Shown here piece after piece: positions 13,208 to 26,275 of a DNA stretch of 64,000 nucleotides. Under the pieces are notes generated by a model. The model did not search any database. It was not told where the DNA came from and saw nothing but the letters and a program-made list of their open reading frames with translations. This stretch comes from Octopus sinensis (lineage: Eukaryota), in assembly GCF_006345805.1 (NCBI RefSeq), contig NC_043025.1:9052001-9116000 (forward strand), in the 5' to 3' direction. Positions within the stretch are counted from its first letter, which is position 1, and each line of letters begins with the position of its first letter. Position numbers and translations under genes: made by a program.

Positions 13208-14304
13208 TACGAGGCGCAATGAGAAGGTTCCCTGACTAGTTAAGTTTAATAAAAATATAACTTATTTACATAAGTTTTAACATCATCATAATAGTCACCT
13301 TGCCCAGCAATACACCTGCCACAGCGTTCCTGCAACTTTTGGAATTTGGCTTGGAAGTTGCTCTTCCGTAATCGAGTCGAGGATCCCGTGAGATTCGCCC
13401 TTGATATCGACAACGGTGTTAAACAGAAACCTTTGACCTTCATTTTCATCTTAGGAAAGAGATTGAAGTTTGCAGGCGTTCGATTCCGTGAAAAGGATGG
13501 TTGTTGAGGCGATACCATGTTGTTTTTGGCGAACTTACGGTTGACGGTACGGCCCTGGGGGTGAAGGATTCTTGATGCACATTGCCGCGGATGTCGAAAA
13601 GTATGATGAACATACTCTTGATTGAGCTACGGCTACTTTAGTGTGCTTTCTTTGGTCTTGGAGATGAATAGCTTTTGATCGTGACGACTGCTGCTTCTCA
13701 GGGCCCTACCCCAAGACCCAACTCTCGTCACCAGCGATGATCCATGAAATGAGGGATGAATTATCAGCGACACGCTGACGGACTTCGACACAATGTGCTT
13801 TCTGCACAATGATTAGGAGGCGGGTGACAATCTTGACAGAGAGACACCGCATCTTCAATTCAGATGTTAGGATTCGTTGCGCGAACCCATACGACAGCCT
13901 AACAACATCAGCAATGTTGTTGATTGATTGTCCTCCGATGACAAGCTGATGAATATTTTCTCCACGTATCTGAGGATGACGCTTGCGGCAGGTCTTCAAG
14001 CTCGCTCATCATCTTCCAGGGACGATCTTGTGCTTTTGAAGAGCACATTCAACTCAAAATATTGCGTAGGATCTATTGCTTCGTTGCCGTATTCTTGCAG
14101 AATCACGTTCAATGTCCCTGTAGCAGACGCTCCAATATTTCGCGTTGGCTCTGGGTTCCTGTCCAAGGCAAAATGGCAGACGTGATCACAGAAACACAAA
14201 TTTCACAAAGGTCACTACCAGCTGTTACTGCACACGCAACCATGTGCCGCCACCTGTTACCACGCTACAGAACTGGTCCGGGAACGTATTGATACCACCT
14301 CGTA
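13208..14304 (-). mobile_element. Degenerate mariner element
   Basis: tacgagg / cctcgta ends; QRILTSELKMR, IIAGDESWV and NLFPKMK transposase remnants. Confidence 0.85.
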
Positions 14305-14838
14305 CACGCATACATACATAATACATACATACATACATACATATACACATACATACATACATACATACACACATACACACATACATACATACATACATGC
14401 ATACATTCATACATACATACATGAATGCATACATGCATACATATATGTATATATACATACATGCATAAATACATACATAATACATGCATACATACATACA
14501 TGCATACATACATGCATACATACATACATACATACATGCATACATACATACATACATACATACATACATACATACATACATACATACATGCATACATACA
14601 TGCATACATACATACATACATACATACATGCATACATACATGCATACATACATGCATACATACATACATACATGCATACATACATACATGCATACATACA
14701 TACCTACATACATGCATACATACATACATGCATACATACATACATACATACATACATACATACATACATACATACATACATACATACATACATACATACA
14801 TACATACATACATACATACATTCATACATACATTCATA
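14305..14838. repeat. (CATA/CATG)n microsatellite
   Basis: Seen directly. Confidence 0.97.
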
Positions 14839-15573
14839 GTATAATGATGATCGAGTTGTAAGTTACATTTTAAACTCAAATAAGTTAGGAATTTATTTCA
14901 AAATATATGGGGTGAAAATGGCAGTGCAAAGGGAAAAGTGACTTTGAATCAATATATCCCAATCCTTTTAAAAGAAAAGTATAGATTAATCAGATTTTTC
15001 AAGACGTGCACGTTGAGAAGAATCTTTTATTGAAAATCACGTTAAAAAGTATTAACCACGAAAAAGTGATGTGGCTTTAAGCGACAAATAATTGGTAACA
15101 ATCGAACCCACGTTGATGTGTTCTGATGATTCTATTTGTTTGCCTATGATTTCCAATAAAGTCTGATGAGGTATCCTCATTTTTCATTTTCTTCTTAATT
15201 GTTCAAATTATTTTCTACTAAAAGCTAAAGATGAACATTTATTGTTTTATGTTCTTCGAATATGATGCTTAAAGTTGTGAACTAGTCTGAAGATAGTCAA
15301 TGTTATTGTAATAATTCATTTTTTTAAAAGTTCTTATATCATTACATTGCCACTGGAGCACATACTTTTACTATTCTTTGTTGCAGTCATTAGATTGCGG
15401 CCGTGCTGGGGCACTAACTTCAAGGGTTTACTCGACCAAATTGTTCTTAGTAATTACTTTTTAAAATCTGGAACGTAATCAATCGGATAGCTTTTGCCGA
15501 ACCACTAAGTTACAGAGAGGTAAACACATTAACATTGGTTATTAAGTGTTGGTGGTGATAAACAGAAAGATAA

Positions 15574-15609
<36 letters not shown>

Positions 15610-15771
15610 GTATTCAACGGGCTTCCACACTGCTTCCGGTAGCAAATTTACTCAGAAAGCTTAGTCGACCCAAGGTTATAGTAGACGCTATTTGCACAAG
15701 GTGCCACATAATGAGACTAAAGAATCCATGTATGTGAGAAGCAATCTTCTTGCCACAGAACCATGTCTATA

Positions 15772-15816
<45 letters not shown>

Positions 15817-16712
15817 GTAAATTAAATTACAGATAAAACCACTATTAGGCAAATCAAACAGTGAAGAACATAAACCAAAACATTAAAATAAATATAATTA
15901 ATATAATATACAAAATATATAAAATATGAAATTTAAAATTTAAATTATTTGTGATTTATTTCTATTTAAGATAATAAAATTTTAAAATATTTTAATAAGT
16001 CTTATTGTATTATTTTGTATACTATATAAAAATACTGATTGTTATTTGATGATTTAGTTGTTGAAGTTATGTATATAATTATTAGATTATAACTCTACGT
16101 TATTTGTAAGATATTACTTAGCCAAAGAGATATATAGATCGTTTATAATCTTACGGTTTTTTTAAAGTTAAGTTACTGGTTTATAATTTTATTTTAATCT
16201 TTAATTCTTTTAATGTATCTCATAATTATATTATATTAATATTTAATATTTATGTAAGTAGTATTAGATTAATTTATTTATTTATTTTTCTTTATATGTC
16301 TATACATTTATTGATAACGTAAATGTTAGATTTTTATCACTATATTTGTTGATAATAATTTGGTTGTTATTTTTAAATATTTTATAATTATTAGATGTGT
16401 ACTTAAATCTAAAATATAAATAATGATTAGTTAGTTAAATAATTTGGTAATTAAATTTTTGGACTATAACTCAGTTAAGGATATTCGTGAGTTTATTATG
16501 TTTTTAAGCCATATTATATATTCATAAATATCTCTAATAGTGACTTTGTTCTACTATAGCTTAAATATAGCCATTTTCCATTGATGAGTTGTATTAGTAT
16601 TTTTCATTGATAAAATATATTCGTAGTTTTCATTGTTAAAAGAATTTTCCATTTGTTGATTATTAGTTTAGTTAATGACACGATTTTTCAAAGCTAATGA
16701 AACTTTTTATTA

Positions 16713-17228
16713 AGATAGTCTCTGTGCAGCATATAAGCTACTGGGAAAGAGTCAAGAGATTAAGACTCTATTCCTTAGAGCGTAGGCGAGAAAGATATGC
16801 CATAATATACATCTGGAAGATCCTAGAAGGACTTTGGTATCGAGAGTTACACAAATGCTAGAACTGGGCGCCGCTGCATGGCGCCAAGGACTCCAGGTTT
16901 GCCATCAAGATGTAGGACAAGATACTGTGATAGTTTGGGCTTCAGAGGCCCACAGCTCTTCAATATCCTCCAGAAGAACCTGAGAGACCTGCATGGGATG
17001 AATGCAGATGTCTTTAAAATAAAACTGGATCTCTTCTTGTCAGGTGTCCCAGATGAACCAACTTCACGGCAGGAGGTGCAGATGAGGGCAGCTGCATCGA
17101 ACTCTCTCATGCACCAAATGGCAATTGCTAAAAAGCATTCCTGAAGTAAAATCATGTAGCAACACCAAATGGCGGTGCCCCAGCATGGCCACAGCTCATG
17201 AGCTGAAACTAGATAAAGATAAAGATAA
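16713..17228 (+). mobile_element. CR1/L2-group LINE 3' fragment
   Basis: SYWERVKRLRLYSLERRRERYAIIYIWKILEG...FKIKLDLFLSGVPDEP; tail ends in (agataa)n. Confidence 0.85.
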
Positions 17229-17907
17229 TAATTTACGTTATATTGTATTATATTGGATACTATATAACTACGGATTGACAATTTGATTGTATAAGTATTT
17301 CGTTGTTGAAGATATGTATTTCATTATTAGATCATAACTATACGGTTTTTGTAAGTTATTAATTAGCCAACGAGATATATTGATCGTTAAATCGTTATAC
17401 GGTTTTTAAAGATAGGATATACGTTTATAATTTGCTTTTTCATCTTTAATTTTTTAATATATTTCGTAAATAATAATGGAATAATTAATTTATTTAGTTT
17501 TCATTATACGTATATATATTTATTGTTAGAGAAAATTTTAGATCTTAATTATTATATTTATTGATAATAATTTAGTTATTATTCTTAAATATTTTATAAT
17601 TATTAGATTTGAGCTAAAATTTAAAAATATGAATAGTGATTATTTTTTTGTTAAATAATTTGGTAATTAGATATTGACTATAACTGAGATTAGGTTATTC
17701 GTGAGTTTATTATGTTTTTTCAAGCCTTATTATATCTTAATAGATAAATACATTTTCTATCTATTCTTACCTTAAAAATGAATATTTGACATTATAATTG
17801 GATTGTATGACATAATCCTAATCGTTAAAGTTCTAATTTGATAATAGTGTTTTTTATGAGAAAAATATTATTTAAATATATTTGCTTATTTATTTAACTA
17901 TTATCAT

Positions 17908-18004
17908 TAACCTGAAGATTGACTATAATTATAATTCGAATTTTTAATTGAATTTAAATTATTTTAATTCGAACTGGGTTATGGCCACGAAACGTACGTA
18001 GTGG
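17908..18004 (+). ncRNA. Minimal type I hammerhead ribozyme
   Basis: CTGAAGA 17912-17918; stem II tgactataat/gttatggcca; GAAA 17989-17992; palindrome acgtacgt; GUA site; short stem I ac/gt. Confidence 0.65.
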
Positions 18005-18405
18005 ATTTACTTATTATATTATATTATATTAAACGTTTTAATACTTTTTGATAGTCATATTAAAAAACTTAGCAAAATTAAAATATTAACTTTTAAAAAT
18101 TAAAAAAATTAAAAGTTTTAAAATTTTAAATTTTAAATTTAAAAAATATTAAAAAATATAAAAATGTATATATATAACTTAAAAATTTTAAATTTAAATA
18201 ATTAAATTTTAAATCTTATATTTTGTATATTATATTAATTATATTTATTTTTTATGTTTTGTTTTATATTTTTCACTTTTTGATTTGCCTCATTGTGGTT
18301 TTATCTCTAATTTAATTTATATTTATACTGTGAAATTTGATTTAACCCTAAATCTAATTTTTCCCTGTAAGTTTTGATTTACTCCCTAATATTACTATAA
18401 TATAT

Positions 18406-18444
<39 letters not shown>

Positions 18445-18752
18445 CATGAATAAAATGTTATGTAAAACCCATATTGTGCACATAAAGTGTCGTTGTTATT
18501 TTATTTTTATATTTTATCATCATTTGTCTTTTGCTGTTTGGTTAGTAGAATGTATTCTCTAAGGATAATTAAGTTAGATTGAAGAAACCTATTCTTGTTC
18601 AAACAACATTTCTATGAGAACTATGAAGAGAAATAAACAATTGTCTGTGAGCATCAGTTTTTATTCTCTTGGTGTTGACAAAAGAGCAATTTAGACAGTA
18701 TTGAACAACAGAAAACAAATTTATTTACTTTTACTTGTCTCTTTATTTTCAG

Positions 18753-18824
18753 AGAGTTGCAATACAACAAAATACAAAAGTATGAAGATGGCGCTTTCCT
18801 ATTCCTGCCCAGTATAAAGACAAT
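18753..18824 (+). CDS. aGPCR LRR exon
   Basis: ttttcag|...|gtaaga, 72 nt, phase 2/2; ELQYNKIQKYEDGAFLFLPSIKTI. Confidence 0.92.
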
Positions 18825-19083
18825 GTAAGAACAAGTCTCTTTGTTGGAAAATTAAAATCATAAAATGAGTTCACCAAATTATCAGTTCTTTGCTAAGTGT
18901 AGGTGGTAAAATATAGCGATGAGTTGGTCTAAATTTCAGCGGATCAACACGGTTTCCGAGCATTGTGCTTTATCATTGTAAAGTTTATTTTCAAATACCA
19001 TGATAATTGGTTTGACCTAGTTTCCTTCATGTTTATAAATACACATAATAAACTGGAATTGACAGAGTGGCCAACATACCGAC

Positions 19084-19179
<96 letters not shown>

Positions 19180-19578
19180 CGCGTGTGGCCGGTGTGTGTA
19201 TATACAGACATAAACATGCACACGCACATATATATCATTATTACCTATATATTACAGTTTTAGTGTGTATATCTGTCAGTGTAACCAGCCATCAGTTCTA
19301 AAGACGGGAATCACGCCCCTACCAAATTCATGGCCATGCCGTCACGTTTAACTTCATAGCCAGCCATCAAACGTCTCCACACTCTTTAGGGCATTTCAAT
19401 CCAATACTATAACCACCCTTACCCTCCATTTACAGTATAGTTTTTCTATTTTTTATTTTCTTATCAACTGACCACCAGTATCGTCACTTCACCAATGTTT
19501 GTGAACTACTAGTAACACACCACAATACCACCAGCGTCTAACTTGGGATGAAATGTAAAACTTTCGAATCATATTACG

Positions 19579-19682
19579 TCACCTGATGAGGCTTCCTATA
19601 CTGCGCGATGCATCTGATGTTATTACATCGTTCCCCACCCACTAGTGAGTAGTGGAAAAGGCAGCTCAAACGATTGTTGTGG
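19579..19682 (+). ncRNA. Degenerate hammerhead ribozyme
   Basis: tcac-CTGATGA-ggct...agct-CAAA (G12 mutated)-cgattg-tt-gtgg; stems retained, core mutated. Confidence 0.45.
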
Positions 19683-19918
19683 TAAATAAAGCAATAAAGC
19701 TGGTAGTTTCACTAGCATATGAATCATTTAAAATATACCCAACGTACATCAAAGAATTCCTCACATAAATCAAGAGACGAAAGCGCATTAACACGGTCCA
19801 CATCTGGTAGCCATAGTGGTGATTGTGCTCTGCTGGCACACTCCCTGAGACTTAACCGAAACAATGTTTGGATATTGGATTTTAATGTTTCCTATCTAAG
19901 TTTTAATTTAAAAGTTAA

Positions 19919-19971
<53 letters not shown>

Positions 19972-19973
<2 letters not shown>

Positions 19974-21619
19974 TAGCCAGAGTTACCCGGCGTTGCCCGT
20001 GTTTCATACAACTGAAGAATTAAACTTTTTCTGTAATGAACTGGAATACCTATGTTTCGAATTTCATCAAAATTGCAGATGAGGGTTATTTCCCTCTTTA
20101 CACACCCAAACAAAATTGTAATCGTGCCACATGTATCCCATACTGCTGATTTTTATGCGCATATTCCAAAATTCCAGTCTTATAGAACCTGTTAAAAGGA
20201 TTTTGCTCCTGAAAAATGGAGGGCATGGAGCTCTAAAATGTGAGAGTTAACGCCCCTATTGTGGGTAGGAATCTTAATGTCAACCAGAGAAGTTGAATTT
20301 TTGAGAATCTTTTAAGCTTGGGTCTTGTTTGAATTTCTTTGAATAGGAAATACGTGTTGACTGGGTTTGTAAAAGAGAGCAAAGCTATAGGAAACCAAAA
20401 GACGAATGATCACAATAAGCAGTCAGCTACAGTACCCTAGTCGTTACCACTCCCAATATAGTATTCCTCACCATGCAGGTGACAGGTACATCCGTAAGAT
20501 GCATTACAAATCTATAGCAATTGGAAGGGCGTGACCCAACTGAAATAAACATTAACAACTGTGTGAGGCTAAGGAGAACTGAAAGTTGGAGTTTGCAAAT
20601 GACCACTATACTGATACATAACTGGACAGAATAACTATACAATCTATAAATGTCTTTGAATAACCAGTCACTCATCTGGGAAGGCCTTGAAATCAATGTT
20701 ACAATGTGGCGACTACGTGTGACCCAGTGACAATAAAAAGACTGAAAGGAGATCTGCAATCAAATAACTTTACTCAACACTTTGCAACTCAATCAGTGGA
20801 GGCAAATATGCTTCTCATTTACTTGACAATTTATGCAGCACATTGCTGAAATCACAATCTAAGTGTATGTCAAAGCAAACTGTTACACTGTTGTACCATT
20901 GAATTACAAATAATGCTCATCTTCTATTCTCGGATGACCCCACAGCTTCCAAGAGTACAACTATTCGTCTTTGCTTAGATAAAATGACAAAATTGTGGGT
21001 GTTAAATCCCCATGAAGGGGTCTTTCTAATTTGTAAGATGAAATTTTATAAATATTACTTCATTTGTGTCTAATATCTATGATAAAAATTTCATCAACAG
21101 CAAAAACATATGACTTGTCATGGGGATTGTGACCCTTATGCATAGAATATAATTTCCAAATTTCGTAAAGATTCATTCAGTACTTTTGACCTAATTTTGG
21201 ATCATAAAAGAAATTACTAAAGTTTGGGAGTTTAAGGCCCCCATTAGGGTATCTTAAATCCTCATGTGAAGTGGAAACTTTGAGAATAATTCTTGATGTG
21301 TGTCAATTACCCATGGTTGAAATTGCATCACCATCGAAAATTTATGAATTTTTATGGAGGGATGTACCCCCTTTAAGCCATCTGAAATTCAAACCAAGCA
21401 TATTGCATTATACCCGCCCTTATGCATTGAATCTAAGTTTCAAATATAAAGATCCATTCAGTAATTTTGGTCCATGAAATTATATGAAACACACAGCATT
21501 GCCCTTCTCCCTAAGCTTTGATTTTGTGTTCCAAATTTCATTATGATCGGTGCAGCAGTTTTAGAATGTATAAATAATACACGAACACACATAAAGACAT
21601 TGACTTTGATATATTAGAT
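19972..21619 (+). mobile_element. Non-autonomous Helitron/Helentron-like element
   Basis: 5' actagc..acccggcgttgccc; repeated 'aaatttcat' modules; 3' tttgatatattagat end. Confidence 0.55.
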
Positions 21620-21635
21620 ATGAATATGCGCATAT

Positions 21636-21683
<48 letters not shown>

Positions 21684-21699
21684 CGTGTGTGTGTGTGTG

Positions 21700-21754
<55 letters not shown>

Positions 21755-22022
21755 ACACAAAGATAATTTGATAGACACAACTGAGTGGGCAAACAAAAAT
21801 ATGAGACACAGCGTAGTGCTTTTTTATGTTGATAAGCCTGGTACTTATTCTATTAGTTTCTTCTTGTGAAACCAGTAAGTTATGGGGATGTAAATAAACG
21901 GACAGCAGTTGTGACGCAGTGATGAGGGTTAAACACAGAAACAAAGTCATACACAAACACTTAAATATATACATATATATACGATTGATTTCTTTAAGTT
22001 TCTGTCGATGAAATCCATATAT

Positions 22023-22126
<104 letters not shown>

Positions 22127-22130
22127 TATC

Positions 22131-22209
<79 letters not shown>

Positions 22210-22426
22210 ACACACACACACAAACACAAAGATAAATTGTGTGGGCAAACAAAAATATGAGTTACTGCCTAGTGTTTATTTATATTTTGATAAGCCTGGT
22301 TATCAAAAGCCTGATATTCTATCAGTTTCTTCTTGTGAAACCAGTACGTTATAGGGATGTAAATAAACGAACACAGTTGTGAGGCAGTGATGAGGGAGAA
22401 ACACAAAGACACGCACACAGACTTAC

Positions 22427-22468
<42 letters not shown>

Positions 22469-23899
22469 GATTGATTTCTTTCAGTTTCTGTCTACAAAAT
22501 CCAGTGGCAACGCTTTAATTGGTCTGAGGCTATAGCAGAAGATACATGCCAAGTCACCACACAGTGGGACTGATCCCAGGACCATGTGTTTTGGAATGAA
22601 GTTTGTTACCACACAGCCACACCTGCACCGATGTATGTGTGTGTGTGTGTGTGTGTATGGGTGTATATATATGGATCCATGTATATATGTGAATATATAT
22701 GTGTACATATTACATGTAGATCTATATATATAAGATTATAAAGTAAATTAAAAAATAAATTAATACTCGGTATTGGTTTGAACAAAGCCTATAGGGTTCA
22801 GAAGATTATTTTCGTAAAATGGGGAGAAAAATATTTCCAATACTTACAATTTCAGATGTATCTGCTAAAATTTCCAGATATATTTAAGGATTTTTATTAG
22901 TAAAACTCTCAAATATACCTGGTATTTTCCCCAGAAATATCTTGCAGGTGAGTAGTACCTTGGAAATGTAACCATAATACTTATGTGACAAGTCCGTTTG
23001 CCAGCTTTAACTAGTATGTCACCTATATCTAGTATCTGGTAATTTATATATTCCAAATTAGTAACATATAGTAGACTTATCCATATTGTATGTCGTCTCT
23101 GTCCAGTATATCATCTGTATCTAGTATATCTTCTATATCTAGTATGTCATCTATATTTTGCATCTCATCTCTTTCTCTTCTGTCAGCTGTAATCTGTTTG
23201 CCCAATACATTTAACCTTTCACCATTTTTTGTCTTATGATTCCACATTATATGTAGAATGTCGTCTAAATGTTCTCTAACTACATTCTACTTAATTTTAC
23301 TTTACCAATTCTGATACATGGAACATAGAAAAATTAGCATCCTCTAAAAATAATAATTTCATTAATATTCCCTAAAAATAATAACTTGAATTCTTATTTT
23401 TGAGCAACTTTTTAATATGTTTTAACATTGTAATATTAGTATATTTTCCTTTGTGCTTATATGTGAAGAATAATTTAAGACCGAAAGAAGAACATGTAAA
23501 CTTACCTCATGTTTTATCTGCAAATATCGTTTTGGTTGCTGTTATTTTAATTATCACTTTCTCATTTCTCCTTTCGAATAAATCTGCTGCAGTATGTAGT
23601 ACAGAGTGGTGGGCATGGCCTATATTCGTACCTGTCTGCTCGAGGTTCAGTCTTCTCTTATTCATCTTTCCTCTAATTTCTACTCAGACAATACTTCGAC
23701 CACATATAACTGAATAGGACAATCGAATTGAGATTTGTTTTTGCTTTAGGGATTACCTGATGCCTCCTTATCAATGGATTATTTGGTATCGGTTAAAACA
23801 CACCAAATGAGACAGACTCAAAGGCATATAGAAATATTAAAATGTATTGAAATGAAAATGAAATAGTATCTTCTACATGACTTACAAACTCAAGAAAGA

Positions 23900-24155
23900 T
23901 TATCATTATTAATATTATTATAGTATTATATTATTATTATTATTATTATTATTATTATCATCATCAAATTATTATCATCATTATCATATCAATTATTATT
24001 CATTATATATCAATATTATTATTATTATTATATTATTATTATTATCATTATATTATTATTATCATCATCATTATATCATTATCATCATCAATATTATTAT
24101 TATTATTATTATATTATCATCATCATATATATTATATCATTATCATCATATCATC

Positions 24156-24193
<38 letters not shown>

Positions 24194-24272
24194 TCAATAT
24201 TATTATCATCATTATCATAATATTATATTATTATTATTATATTATTATTATATTATTATTATATCCTTATCA

Positions 24273-24319
<47 letters not shown>

Positions 24320-24476
24320 TATATTATATATTATTATTATCATATTATTATTTCATCATTATATATATTATTAGATTATTATTATTACTATATAAATATT
24401 ATTATAATTATATTATTATATTATTATTATTATAATTATTATAATTATTATTATTATTATAATTATAATTATATTA

Positions 24477-24520
<44 letters not shown>
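23900..24520. repeat. Degenerate (ATT/ATC)n tract
   Basis: Seen directly. Confidence 0.95.
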
Positions 24521-24522
<2 letters not shown>

Positions 24523-26275
24523 TTTGCACAGTTTCTAACGCTGGAGATGTACTACTTGTCAGCTGTTCACTACCAGTGAACAAAGCAACACCTCTTATTT
24601 TAGGAGCACCTTCTGGAATATTCGAGCGGTTCCATGCAGTGTTGTTTTCTGCAAGTGCTCCACCCTTATTGCAGCCCCTATTTGTTCCATGAACTTCACG
24701 AGATTTTTACTCATTGTTCCCAGGGCTCCGACAATAATTGGTACTATACCACCTTCTTCATCGACCACAACTGCTTTACCTCCCAAGCTAACCTGTCATA
24801 TCTATCGACTTTTCTTTCTTCGTTATCGCATACCTTGTTGTCAGCTGGGCATGTTATATCTATGATCCAGCATAGTTTGTTTTCTTTCTCAATTAAGACT
24901 GTGTCTGGCTTCCTAGTCTCTATCTCATGGTTGAACTGAGTCATAAAATCCCACAAGGTCTTTGCATTATCCTTTTCGATGATGCTTTCGGGCTTGAGGT
25001 CGTACCAATTTTTTCCTCTGTCAAGTCCATACTTGTTGCAAAGTGTCCAATGGACAAGCCTTGCTATATTGTTGTGGCGTCTCATATATTCCTTCTGTGC
25101 TAGTGGCGTACATTGGCTGGTAATATGCCATACGGTTTCACAGATTCTGCACTTATCACTTTCTTCTGTGTTGTCTACTCTGTATTTTATGTAGTTTGTT
25201 CTTAGTGCTTGCACTTGGGCAGTACAGATTAGAACCTCAGTTTCCGGTTTTAAATCACTTTTAGTCATCCACAGCCATCTTTTTTCTCTGTCTGACTTAA
25301 TTTCAACATCCCTATGAAATGGTCCATGCACTATTTTCTTTACCCACCTATTTTCAGTTTCATTCGTTTTCAATTGCTCGTACAGTGCTTTATCTTTGCA
25401 ATCTTTCATCCTACACAAGCCTCACCTTCTTCTAATAATAACGGTTCTGTGGCATTTCGTTATGTTGTTTTCTTCTGCTCTAATGCTGTGTTCGCATCCA
25501 GTCAGTTCTCTTTCCCATCTTTTTCTTGGTACATATAGTTTGTCTGTGACACTTTTTATGTGGAGTATCTCATATCTATTTAGTAACTTCCTTGCCTTTC
25601 TGTCTAAGCTGTATAGTTCCGCGACTGTCCATGCGATTTCCCCTGCTCCATATCTAAAGATTAAAACCGCCCAGGTGTTGATAGCTTCCATCTTATTCCA
25701 TCCATTTAATTTCGACTTAAGGATCAGTCTGCGAAAGTACTCCTCCTTAAATTTTTCTGTCATTTCTTTCTCCATCAATTTATCCATTTCCAAAATCCCC
25801 CAAGTAATTATAGCCCGTCTCTTCTATCTGCTTCATAACCTCCTCCGACGGTATCGATAGTCCGTGCATTCATTTGATTTTGCCTCTCTTCAATACTAAC
25901 ACACCACACTTTCTCAGTCCGAACTCCATTCTGATATCAGCACTGAAGATATACACCGTATCAACGAGGGAACTGACTTGGGTTTCATCTTTACCATAAA
26001 GATTGATATCATCCATGAATAACAAATGGTTGACTTTTTGTTGGCGGCATTTGAATGCATACCCAACTTTTGCTTTCCTCAGTATCAGTGTTAGTGGTAT
26101 GAATCACAGTACAAAGATCAGTGGTGACAGGCAGTCCCCTTGGAAGATACCCCTCCTGATTTCAACTCTCCCTAAACTTCTGTCAGGTCCGTCCTCCAAT
26201 TTGCCATACTTTTTTCGAGCAGTCGCTCAATATTCGAGGCAATACCAAATAGGTTCATACATTCCATTATCCAAT
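24521..26275 (-). mobile_element. R4/Dong-clade non-LTR retrotransposon, 5'-truncated
   Basis: RGIFQGD and LFMDD RT motifs; CRIC..HITSQC knuckle; RHN; RKPD..WIID restriction-like endonuclease. Confidence 0.92.

Larger units (their letters stand above)
15816..18325 (+). mobile_element. AT-rich non-autonomous element with terminal inverted repeats and a hammerhead (PLE-type)
   Basis: 15816-15930 is the reverse complement of about 18215-18325; diverged internal direct repeat 16005-16530 / 17240-17740; hammerhead at 17912. Confidence 0.6.
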
